Shown here: positions 1 to 7,539 of the stretch, one piece after another
How positions within the stretch are numbered: the stretch's first letter is position 1
Layout of the letters: each line of letters opens with the position of its first letter
NCBI GenBank assembly: GCA_041562555.1
Contig: JBFEXS010000069.1
Coordinates: 1 to 11,796, forward strand
DNA length: 11,796 nucleotides
Source: Sulfurimonadaceae bacterium
Lineage (GTDB): Bacteria; Campylobacterota; Campylobacteria; Campylobacterales; Sulfurimonadaceae
Reading direction: 5' to 3'
The notes under the pieces: generated by a model
What the model was told of the DNA's origin: nothing
What the model saw: the letters and a program-made list of their open reading frames with translations, nothing else
The model's database searches: none
Program-made: the position numbers and the translations under genes

Positions 1-566
1 ACTACCCGAGTGTTGAGCTGGAGAAGCTGCAGGAACGTCTACAGGAGTATTACCTTATCAATGCTTCGATCTTTCAAAGTCTTCCTGATTACTGGGGGCT
101 TGGACAACGTTTTCCGATTATGCCTATTCACAAACTGGACACCCCTGCTCTGCGCTCAGCATCGCTGTGGGATATCACTTGTGACAGTGACGGGGAGATA
201 GGGTTTTCATCCAATTCACCTCTGTATCTGCATGATATAGACCTTGATGAGGAAGATTACTTCCTTGGTTTTTTCAATGTCGGTGCTTACCAGGAGACCT
301 TGGGAATGGAGCATAATCTTTTCTCTCACCCGAGTGAGTGTACTGTCATCATCGATGAACATGGATATACGCTGGAGCAGATCGATGAGTCGGATTCTTT
401 ATTGAAGGTCGTTTCCAATCTTGGATATGATGAGAATCAAATCTTAATCCAACTAAAAAATTCTTTAGCACGTTCTACTTTTATCACAGAAGAAGAAAAA
501 AGTGATACACTTCAAAAGTTAGAACTCTATTTGTATCAAAATAGTTATCTAAGAACTACTAACTAG
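1..566 (+). CDS. speA: Biosynthetic arginine decarboxylase, 3' part (5'-truncated by the window)
   Basis: The frame of the 120..566 ORF is open from position 3 (YPSVELEKLQERLQEYYLINASIFQSLPDYWGLGQRFPIMP...), so ATG 120 is internal. SpeA motifs FQSLPDxW, WDITCDSDG and VGAYQE..HNLF are present. Stop TAG at 564-566. Confidence 0.95.
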   Translation, partial: YPSVELEKLQERLQEYYLINASIFQSLPDYWGLGQRFPIMPIHKLDTPALRSASLWDITCDSDGEIGFSSNSPLYLHDIDLDEEDYFLGFFNVGAYQETLGMEHNLFSHPSECTVIIDEHGYTLEQIDESDSLLKVVSNLGYDENQILIQLKNSLARSTFITEEEKSDTLQKLELYLYQNSYLRTTN

Positions 567-574
567 GAAAACTA

Positions 575-1276
575 TTGGGAATTTTTTCACAAATCAAAGA
601 AGATTTTACAAACGTTTATAACAATGACCCGGCGATTCACTCAAGAATAGAGTTGTTTTTCAATTATCCGGGGGTATGGGCTATCGCCAACCATCGCATA
701 GCCAACAGACTCTACAAGGCAAATTGGAAACGATTGGCACGTGTCATCATGGGTATCAATCAGATCATCACAAACATTGATATCCACCCTGCCGCCACTA
801 TCGGATCACGCGTATTTATCGACCATGGGACCGGTGTGGTCATCGGTGAGACGACGGTTATCGAAGATGATGTACTGATCTATCAAGGAGTCACCCTTGG
901 CGGGGTCAACCTTGTTGCAGGGAAACGTCACCCCACGATCAAAAGAGGTGCCGTTATCGGTGCCGGAGCAAAGGTACTTGGGAATATCACCATCGGTGAA
1001 AACTCTAAGGTCGGCGCCAATTCCGTCGTCGTCAAAGAGGTCCCTCCCCGTTCTACCGCTATCGGTATTCCAGCGCGTGTTGTAGACAAAGGACGGTGCC
1101 AAGATCCCTTTTCACACAACAAACTCCCGGATGTCAACAAGGAGATCTTTGAGTATTTGCTTAAACGTGTGGCTGTCTTGGAGCATGTCATGGTACAGGA
1201 CAACAAAGAGATTCTCGAACAAGACCTTGAACTTGAGCATATCTACGAGTCATTCATCAAGTCGATGAAATCTTAA
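575..1276 (+). CDS. cysE: Serine O-acetyltransferase (hexapeptide-repeat acyltransferase)
   Basis: Motifs DPA, YPG..A...HR, DIHPAATIG, FIDHGTGVVIGET, QGVTLGG and KRHPT. TTG start with AGGAAA SD (565-570) overlapping the speA stop. Confidence 0.96.
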   Translation: MGIFSQIKEDFTNVYNNDPAIHSRIELFFNYPGVWAIANHRIANRLYKANWKRLARVIMGINQIITNIDIHPAATIGSRVFIDHGTGVVIGETTVIEDDVLIYQGVTLGGVNLVAGKRHPTIKRGAVIGAGAKVLGNITIGENSKVGANSVVVKEVPPRSTAIGIPARVVDKGRCQDPFSHNKLPDVNKEIFEYLLKRVAVLEHVMVQDNKEILEQDLELEHIYESFIKSMKS

Positions 1277-1332
1277 GTGGCTTAGGCTGCGAACACTTCT
1301 TCTTATACGCAAGATAAATTCAACAAAAAACT

Positions 1333-1341
1333 TGTTATAAT
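1333..1341 (+). promoter_or_regulatory. Putative sigma70 extended -10 (TGtTATAAT) for the aminotransferase gene
   Basis: Exact TGnTATAAT about 60 nt upstream of ATG 1404. AAAGG SD at 1393-1397. Confidence 0.7.
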
Positions 1342-1403
1342 CTCACTACTAATAATGGTGTCTTTTCCATAGCGCCATATAAGCTTTATTTCAAAGGTTA
1401 CAC

Positions 1404-2570
1404 ATGCTATCAGATAGAATCAATATTCTTTCCGAGTCAATTACTATCGCAGTCACTACGTTAGCGCAAGAACTACGTGCTGCAGGAAAAGATGTCCTGA
1501 GCTTTTCAGCAGGAGAGCCTGACTTTGACACACCGCAGGTTATCAAAGATTCTGCGATCAATGCGATCAATGAAGGATTCACCAAGTATACTGCGGTTGA
1601 TGGCATTCCCGATCTTAAAGCCGCAGTCGCTGAAAAGTTAAAACGTGACAACAACCTTGAATATGCAGCCAACCAGATCATTGTAAGCAATGGCGCAAAA
1701 CACTCTTTATTCAACCTCTTTCAAGCGACCATAGGTGAAGGCGATGAAGTGATCATTCCTGCACCATACTGGGTGACTTACCCTGAATTGGTTAAGTACA
1801 GTGGAGGCACCGTTGTAGAGATAGTTACAGATGATACAAGCGGGTTTAAAATTACACCGGAACAGTTAAAAGCAGCAATCACTCCCAAGTCAAAGATGCT
1901 GATCCTTACTACCCCGTCAAACCCGACAGGTTCTGTTTACTCAAAAGAGGAACTCACAGCATTGGCAGATGTACTCAAAGGAACAGACATCCTTGTCGCA
2001 AGTGACGAAATGTATGAAAAACTTGTTTACGACGGTGAGTTCACATCCGCTGCGTCTATCAGTGAAGACATGTACAACCGTACCATCACGATCAACGGAC
2101 TGAGTAAATCTGTTGCCATGACAGGATGGCGTTTTGGTTACCTTGCTGCAAAAGACCCTGAATTGATCAAGGCGATGAAAAAGCTTCAAAGCCAGAGTAC
2201 ATCCAATATCTGTTCCATTACACAAAAAGCAGCCATTACAGGTCTTAACGGATCTGCGGACAAGGATATCGAGATGATGTGTCAGGCATTCTCCGCACGC
2301 AGGGATGAAGCGGTTGAACTTTTCAACAAGATCGACGGAGTTTCTGTTGTCAAACCGGATGGCGCCTTTTATCTTTTCGTGAACATTTCTCAAGTCGAGA
2401 AAGACTCACTGAAGTTTTCAAAATCACTGCTAGAAGAGACCGGCGTCGCTGTTGTTCCTGGCGTAGGTTTTGGATCAGACGGATATTTCAGGTTCTCGTT
2501 CGCTACGGATATCGAGAGTATTCGCGAAGGTATCAAACGTATAGAGACCTTTATCAATAACAACTACTAA
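1404..2570 (+). CDS. aspB: PLP-dependent class I/II aminotransferase, aspartate aminotransferase (AspB/AspC type)
   Basis: Motifs GEPDF, NGAKHSL, PSNPTG, DEMY and the PLP-lysine motif NGLSKSVAMTGWRFGY, plus PDGAFY and RFSFA. The speA-cysE-aspB order matches what I recall for Campylobacter. Confidence 0.9.
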   Translation: MLSDRINILSESITIAVTTLAQELRAAGKDVLSFSAGEPDFDTPQVIKDSAINAINEGFTKYTAVDGIPDLKAAVAEKLKRDNNLEYAANQIIVSNGAKHSLFNLFQATIGEGDEVIIPAPYWVTYPELVKYSGGTVVEIVTDDTSGFKITPEQLKAAITPKSKMLILTTPSNPTGSVYSKEELTALADVLKGTDILVASDEMYEKLVYDGEFTSAASISEDMYNRTITINGLSKSVAMTGWRFGYLAAKDPELIKAMKKLQSQSTSNICSITQKAAITGLNGSADKDIEMMCQAFSARRDEAVELFNKIDGVSVVKPDGAFYLFVNISQVEKDSLKFSKSLLEETGVAVVPGVGFGSDGYFRFSFATDIESIREGIKRIETFINNNY

Positions 2571-2577
2571 ACCTATT

Positions 2578-2603
2578 AGAGCACATCTTTCTCAGCGTGC
2601 TCT
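2578..2603 (+). terminator. Stem-loop right after aspB (possible terminator or 3' stabilising hairpin)
   Basis: Perfect 7-bp inverted repeat AGAGCAC-N12-GTGCTCT, 7 nt after the stop. There is no U-tract, so it is not a canonical terminator. Confidence 0.4.
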
Positions 2604-2656
2604 GTACCCCAAGCTTTATTAGCCCTTACAAACCCTGTCTTAATTTACAATATATA

Positions 2657-2680
2657 TTATTATATAGTTTATTATATAGT
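2657..2680. repeat. Perfect 12-bp tandem direct repeat (TTATTATATAGT x2)
   Basis: 2657-2668 and 2669-2680 are identical and lie in AT-rich intergenic DNA. Confidence 0.85.
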
Positions 2681-2730
2681 GAAATACATTTCCTCTGAAA
2701 GCTCCTGATGTTGCTCTTTGATATACTTTT

Positions 2731-2739
2731 TGATATAAT
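2731..2739 (+). promoter_or_regulatory. Putative extended -10 (TGaTATAAT) for the 101-aa ORF
   Basis: Exact TGnTATAAT 34 nt upstream of ATG 2774. A second TATAAT lies at 2743-2748. Confidence 0.6.
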
Positions 2740-2773
2740 ACTTATAATATAGATTAATCGATTAGAGTGCATC

Positions 2774-3079
2774 ATGAAATTAGAAAGCCAAAGTTTTTTA
2801 TATGACACAGCTTACAAGTATGAACAGGCGGATATCAAGACTTCCAAGGCTGCCGTAAACTCAAGAAACTTTTCAGATGTTAATAAAATAGATGATATTT
2901 CAGACCAGAATGTCGTCAGTGCCTATTTTGATCTCTTTGATGAAAGCTTCTCTGAACTCACAATCAAGAATCTCTTGAATCAACGGTTACAGCCCGCCTA
3001 TCTTCTCCCAAAAGTGCACAATACTGATCTTCTTGCCGCCAAGGCAAATGAGTTGTTAAACTTCTCTGTTGCTATTTAA
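2774..3079 (+). CDS. Hypothetical protein (101 aa)
   Basis: Free-standing ATG ORF filling the gap between two operons, with an upstream extended -10 and a protein-like composition. The SD is weak (AGAG). Confidence 0.7.
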   Translation: MKLESQSFLYDTAYKYEQADIKTSKAAVNSRNFSDVNKIDDISDQNVVSAYFDLFDESFSELTIKNLLNQRLQPAYLLPKVHNTDLLAAKANELLNFSVAI

Positions 3080-3135
3080 ACAAACACTGCTTATGCACAC
3101 AACCCCATATTTAATATAGAAGTAAATATTTCATG

Positions 3136-3164
3136 AAAAGTCCAAGTCCCAAGAAGGGACAGGA
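3136..3164 (-). terminator. Rho-independent terminator of the minus-strand ilv-lpxD run
   Basis: Minus strand reads TCC-T-GTCCC-TTCTT-GGGAC-TT-GGA followed by CTTTT, 16 nt past the stop at 3181. Confidence 0.65.
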
Positions 3165-3180
3165 TATTAAAAAATGCGGC

Positions 3181-3387
3181 CTATGATTTTAATGCTTGCA
3201 AGGCTGCAATGACATCATCAAGATTCGTCATAGGAAGGTGAACCTTCCACTCCGGGTTTTCTGCATCACCGGAAAGGGAGATACCTACACTGGCAACGGT
3301 TCCGCTGCCTTTGCCATAAGGTTCTTCAAGTTTGGTTACCGAGATAACCCCGTTTTTCGTACCGTCTAATGCAATTGTTTGACTCAT
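3181..3387 (-). CDS. Small hypothetical protein (68 aa)
   Basis: Strong SD (AAAGGA) before the ATG, 36 nt downstream of lpxD and followed by a terminator. Beta-strand-like segments followed by a C-terminal amphipathic helix. Confidence 0.85.
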   Translation of the reverse strand: MSQTIALDGTKNGVISVTKLEEPYGKGSGTVASVGISLSGDAENPEWKVHLPMTNLDDVIAALQALKS

Positions 3388-3423
3388 CTTCTTTCCTTTA
3401 ATATATGAGCACGCAAATGCCCA

Positions 3424-4380
3424 TCATTTGGTTTTCAATAGTCTAGCCAATTTTGCTTGAAGTTTCAACCATGCGCGTTGTTCCATCAATGGGAAACCAC
3501 CGTAGACCTTGGAACCGTCCGTCACATCATTGGTTACACCTGAACGTGCTGCAAACTGAGTGAATGGCGCGATAGTCAAATGTCCGGCCGTAGCACTTTG
3601 TCCACCCATAACGACATTACGACCCAACTTGGTGGAGCCGGCTATACCGCATTGTGCCACAAGGATAGTATACTCGCCGATATCGACATTGTGTCCAAAC
3701 TGCACAAGATTGTCGATCTTACACCCTTTACGGATATAGGTCGATCCAAATACAGCCCTGTCAATGGCACAGTTGGCACCGATCTCAACATCATCTTCGA
3801 TGACAACATTCCCGTTTTGATAGATCTTGACATGCTCACCCAGTTTTGTATGTGCAAACCCAAAACCGTCAGAGCCAACGGTCGTTCCCGAGTGAATGAT
3901 ACAATCCGAGCCTACTTCACAATCTCTGTACACTGAGACATTTGGGTGCAATATCGTATTGTCACCGATTCTGGCATTATCACCCACGAAGACGCCCGGC
4001 AAGAGTTTGACGTTCTTACCGATAACACTCCCCTTGCCCACGTATGCCGTAGGTGCGATAAAGCTGCCCTCGCCGATTTCAGGGTCCGTCCCCTCAGTCT
4101 CAATAACATTGGGAGCAAACAACTTAGAAGCAAGGGCAAGTTTCAGGTAAGGCTCTTCATCTATCAAAGCGATACACCCTTTTGGCACCTTCTGTGAAGC
4201 AGCTGCATTACACAAGACAGCCGCCGCTTTTGTCTCTTCAAGAGAGTTGATATACTTCGGATTATCCAAAAAACTCATTTGAGTCGATGTTGCATCACTA
4301 AGTGTATGAATACCTGTGATCTCCAGGTCTTCCCCACTAAACTCTACGCCAATTGCTTTTGCGATATGCGAGAGCTTCAC
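3424..4380 (-). CDS. lpxD: UDP-3-O-(3-hydroxymyristoyl)glucosamine N-acyltransferase
   Basis: N-terminal SFLDNPKY uridine-binding segment, hexapeptide repeats, GSDGFGFA, IDRA and KIDNLVQFGHNV (catalytic His). The GTG start overlaps the upstream TAG by 1 nt. Confidence 0.96.
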   Translation of the reverse strand: MKLSHIAKAIGVEFSGEDLEITGIHTLSDATSTQMSFLDNPKYINSLEETKAAAVLCNAAASQKVPKGCIALIDEEPYLKLALASKLFAPNVIETEGTDPEIGEGSFIAPTAYVGKGSVIGKNVKLLPGVFVGDNARIGDNTILHPNVSVYRDCEVGSDCIIHSGTTVGSDGFGFAHTKLGEHVKIYQNGNVVIEDDVEIGANCAIDRAVFGSTYIRKGCKIDNLVQFGHNVDIGEYTILVAQCGIAGSTKLGRNVVMGGQSATAGHLTIAPFTQFAARSGVTNDVTDGSKVYGGFPLMEQRAWLKLQAKLARLLKTK

Positions 4381-4850
4381 TACATCTCCATCGCAACGAC
4401 ACCGCTGCGAACGATCTCTTTAGGGTGAAAGCGTTTGATGGCACGTAAGAAGTTATCTACCCTGTGCGGTTCATCTGCAACGTTGGCGATGATAACATCC
4501 TCACTTACATTCACGATCTGTCCGTTATACGCCCCACACAATGCAGCAATATCGCTTAAACACTCGGATACAGGGAACTTGACAAGGGCCATCTCTTTTT
4601 CAACAAGATACTCATGTTCATATACCTTAAGCACCGGGATAAGCTTATGAAGCTGTTTGATGATCTGTTCGATCACACGGATCGAACCCTCTGTAACGAT
4701 CGTGATACGAGAGTACTTTGACTCCGGGATCGGAGCAACTGTTAAGGAATCAATATTGTATCCACGACCTGAAAAAAGACCGACAATACGGGAAAGTACC
4801 GAAGCCTCATTCATTACGATTACTGAAATTACGCGTCTCTCTTGCGCCAT
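4380..4850 (-). CDS. ilvN: Acetolactate synthase small regulatory subunit (IlvN/IlvH)
   Basis: ACT domain (VLSRIVGLFSGRGYNIDSLTV), EQIIKQLHKLIPVLKV and EIVRSGVVAM. TAATG overlap with the large subunit; AAGGA SD. Confidence 0.96.
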   Translation of the reverse strand: MAQERRVISVIVMNEASVLSRIVGLFSGRGYNIDSLTVAPIPESKYSRITIVTEGSIRVIEQIIKQLHKLIPVLKVYEHEYLVEKEMALVKFPVSECLSDIAALCGAYNGQIVNVSEDVIIANVADEPHRVDNFLRAIKRFHPKEIVRSGVVAMEM

Positions 4851-6544
4851 TATTTGTCCTTATACTCTAACATCATATTAAATAGTGAACCGCCCGCTGG
4901 AACCATTGGAAGTACATTCTCTAAACGGTTGACCGTTACATCGATCAGAGCAACCACGTTTTTCTCAACAGCATCTTTGATCGCTGCATCGAACTCTTCT
5001 TTCGTCTTGACACGGTAACCTACCCCACCAAAACTCTGTGCAAGCATGACAAAATCAGGTTGCATGGTAAGGTCAGTCGATGAGTGACGCTTGTCGTAGA
5101 ACATTGTCTGCCACTGACGTACCATACCAAGATAGTTGTTGTTCAAGATGACATTGATGACCGGAAGTTTGTACTCAACCGATGTCATCAACTCCTGGAT
5201 GTTCATCAGGATGGAACCGTCTCCCGTGACGTTGATACTTACCTTATCAGGGCACCCGCGTTTAACACCAAGTGCTGCAGGGAATCCGAATCCCATCGTT
5301 CCAAGACCACCTGAGGTGATCCATTGACGTGCACGGGAAAACGGATAAAACTGTGCTGTCCACATCTGATGCTGTCCAACATCCGTAGTGATATTTGCAT
5401 CATCACCAAGCAATTCACCCAAACGTTCAATAGCCCATTGCGGTTTGATGACTTCATCACTGTCTTCATACGCCAGAGGGTGCAGTTTGTCAAAGTTGGC
5501 TACTGTTTCGCGCCAACCCGCATAACGTGTTCCGTCAATTTTCTCTTTAGCCAATGGAATCATCTCTTCGATAACATTTTTGACATCTCCGACAATAGGG
5601 AAATCTGCCGGGACAAGTTTCGAAACACTCGCAGGGTCGATATCAATATGAATTACTTTGGCATGCTTGGCAAACTCTGAGAGCTTACCGGTAACGCGGT
5701 CATCAAAACGTGCACCGACGGCGATCATCAAATCCGCTTCAGACATTGACATGTTTGCCGCATACGAACCGTGCATGCCCAGCATAGAGATCAGGTTTTC
5801 ATTGTCAGCCCCCAGGACTCCTCTTGCCATCAGCGTCTCCACTGCAGGTATATTCGTCATATTGACCAACTCACGCACCTGCTCTGATGCATTCGAATTA
5901 ACGACACCACCACCTAGGTAGAAGATAGGGCGAGATGCCTCGGCAATAGCCTCAACCGCTTTTTTGATCTGGCGGGAGTTCCCTTTTACCGTAGGTTTAT
6001 ACGTCTCCATATCGACGCCATCCGGATAGACAAACTCCTCGATCTGCGCTGTGACATCCTTAGGGATATCGACATGGACAGGGCCTGGACGCCCGGTAGA
6101 TGCCACATAAAATGCTTCTTTCATAATACGTGGAAGATCTTTGGCATCTGTTACAAGATAATTATGTTTTGTACATGGACGGGAGATTCCCACCGCATCG
6201 ATTTCCTGGAAAGCATCCGTCCCGATAAGGGACATCGGCACCTGTCCAGAGATGACGACCATAGGGATTGAGTCCATATACGCATCTGCCAGACCTGTGA
6301 CAGCATTGGTAAATCCAGGACCGGAGGTAATCATCGCCACACCGACTTTTCCTGTCGCTTTTGAATATCCCTCTGCCGCGTGAATCGCCGCTTGCTCATG
6401 ACGAGCCAAAACGTGTTGAAAACCTTGTTGTTTATAAATTTCATCATAGACATTCATGATCGCTCCGCCTGGATAGCCAAAAACTACCTCGACATTTTCT
6501 GCGATCAAAGATTCTATAACCATTTGAGCACCGCTAATCTGCAT
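4850..6544 (-). CDS. ilvB: Acetolactate synthase large catalytic subunit (IlvB/IlvI), 564 aa
   Basis: Motifs FGYPGGA, RHEQ, TSGPG, RFDDRVTG, DVGQHQMW, SGGLGTMG and the ThDP motif GDGS..NN. Start placed at ATG 6544 (MQISGAQ), which has a GGAGAG SD, rather than at 6556. Confidence 0.96.
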   Translation of the reverse strand: MQISGAQMVIESLIAENVEVVFGYPGGAIMNVYDEIYKQQGFQHVLARHEQAAIHAAEGYSKATGKVGVAMITSGPGFTNAVTGLADAYMDSIPMVVISGQVPMSLIGTDAFQEIDAVGISRPCTKHNYLVTDAKDLPRIMKEAFYVASTGRPGPVHVDIPKDVTAQIEEFVYPDGVDMETYKPTVKGNSRQIKKAVEAIAEASRPIFYLGGGVVNSNASEQVRELVNMTNIPAVETLMARGVLGADNENLISMLGMHGSYAANMSMSEADLMIAVGARFDDRVTGKLSEFAKHAKVIHIDIDPASVSKLVPADFPIVGDVKNVIEEMIPLAKEKIDGTRYAGWRETVANFDKLHPLAYEDSDEVIKPQWAIERLGELLGDDANITTDVGQHQMWTAQFYPFSRARQWITSGGLGTMGFGFPAALGVKRGCPDKVSINVTGDGSILMNIQELMTSVEYKLPVINVILNNNYLGMVRQWQTMFYDKRHSSTDLTMQPDFVMLAQSFGGVGYRVKTKEEFDAAIKDAVEKNVVALIDVTVNRLENVLPMVPAGGSLFNMMLEYKDK

Positions 6545-6573
6545 GTGTCTCTCCATATTTAAAAATTCTTTGT

Positions 6574-6579
6574 ATTATA
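6574..6579 (-). promoter_or_regulatory. Putative -10 box (TATAAT) for ilvB-ilvN-lpxD
   Basis: Exact TATAAT about 30 nt upstream of the start, preceded by a T-tract. Confidence 0.6.
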
Positions 6580-6627
6580 GTAAAAAAATCTATGATAGAG
6601 GTTAAACATGAGCCTGAGGTCTTGATT

Positions 6628-7539
6628 CTAAGAAAGTTCAGGCCCTTGTTCACATGCAGTTATCGCCAATCCTTCACGCAGCCCGTCATCGATGATAACC
6701 GACGTCTCATAATCAAAGAGCCTAAAAAACTGTGCGTAGATCATGACACCTGCGAGGATCAACTCCTCACGCCCGACACCTACGTAGGAAGCTCTTTCAT
6801 CAAAATCAAGAGAAAGAAGATCATCCAAAGCTTCCATGCATTCAAAACAGTTCAGCGTTGAACCATTGATACGTTCAGCCTCATAATCATCATATTTCAT
6901 TCCCTGTCTAAAAGCACTTATTGTCGTTGGTGTACCTGCCGTCGCCACGAAAAAATCCGGTTTACCCTCGCGCGTATAATAGTTGTGAACATATTCACTT
7001 ATCTCAGAAAGTTCTGAAACAAGATGTCGATTCATCTCATCCCGTGAAGGATACTTCGATGCCATCGTCACGATACCGACGGGAAAACTCTTTGACTCAC
7101 TCACGTATCCTTTTTTAAAGATAACTTCCGTTGAACCGCCTCCGATATCAACCAACACAAAGGACCCTCGAAATCCAAGATCTTCCAACCGTCGTTCCAC
7201 TGCCAATAGTGTCAACTGAGCCTCTTTATGGGCTGAGATGATCTTGAACTCTACCCCCGTCTTCTCATGTATTCTTTTCAAAACACTCTCAGCATTGCTA
7301 GCACGACGCATCGCTTCCGTCGTCACTGCCACACATGTATGCGTATCAAAATCCAAATACTGCGATGCCTCTTTAAAACCTTGGAGTATCCGTTCCTCGG
7401 CAGCATCAGATATGATGCCCTGCGAATGTAACAGTTCTGCTGTTTTGACTATCTTTTCATATTCGGCAACAAACACTTTACCCGCACAATCCCTTTGAAT
7501 CATCCGAAGGGAATTCGAACCCAAATCAATAGCAATCAT
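6628..7539 (-). CDS. ppx: Ppx/GppA family phosphatase (short form, no C-terminal HD domain)
   Basis: ASKHA motifs IDLGSNS, TEAMRRA, EAQL, DIGGGSTE and DDGLREG; 303 aa. GGAG SD lies inside the end of the upstream gene. Confidence 0.9.
   Translation of the reverse strand: MIAIDLGSNSLRMIQRDCAGKVFVAEYEKIVKTAELLHSQGIISDAAEERILQGFKEASQYLDFDTHTCVAVTTEAMRRASNAESVLKRIHEKTGVEFKIISAHKEAQLTLLAVERRLEDLGFRGSFVLVDIGGGSTEVIFKKGYVSESKSFPVGIVTMASKYPSRDEMNRHLVSELSEISEYVHNYYTREGKPDFFVATAGTPTTISAFRQGMKYDDYEAERINGSTLNCFECMEALDDLLSLDFDERASYVGVGREELILAGVMIYAQFFRLFDYETSVIIDDGLREGLAITACEQGPELS

Noticed and set aside
10..201. 63-aa + strand ORF, and ATG 120 as the start of a 148-aa protein
   Set aside because: The first is an alternate frame inside speA. 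The speA frame is open from the window edge, so ATG 120 is internal.
806..2393. Antisense and alternate-frame ORFs over cysE and aspB (806..1102, 897..1085, 928..1206, 1391..1714, 1941..2393)
   Set aside because: Shadow ORFs of well-supported genes with no recognisable motifs.
2626..2808. 60-aa minus-strand ORF
   Set aside because: Low-complexity translation of AT-rich promoter DNA that overlaps the better-supported + strand ORF.
3107..3138. AT-rich inverted repeats (ATATTTA/TAAATAT, TTTCATGAAA)
   Set aside because: Expected by chance in AT-rich intergenic DNA, and the stems would be unstable.
2595..3414. 8-bp inverted pair GCGTGCTC (2595-2602) / GAGCACGC (3407-3414) flanking the two small genes, as possible element ends
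   Set aside because: Too short, with no transposase and no evident target-site duplication. The left copy is already explained by the aspB hairpin.
6545..6627. ilvB start at 6556 and a possible ilv attenuator
   Set aside because: The GGAGAG SD fits ATG 6544. No BCAA-rich leader peptide or terminator/antiterminator pair is visible.
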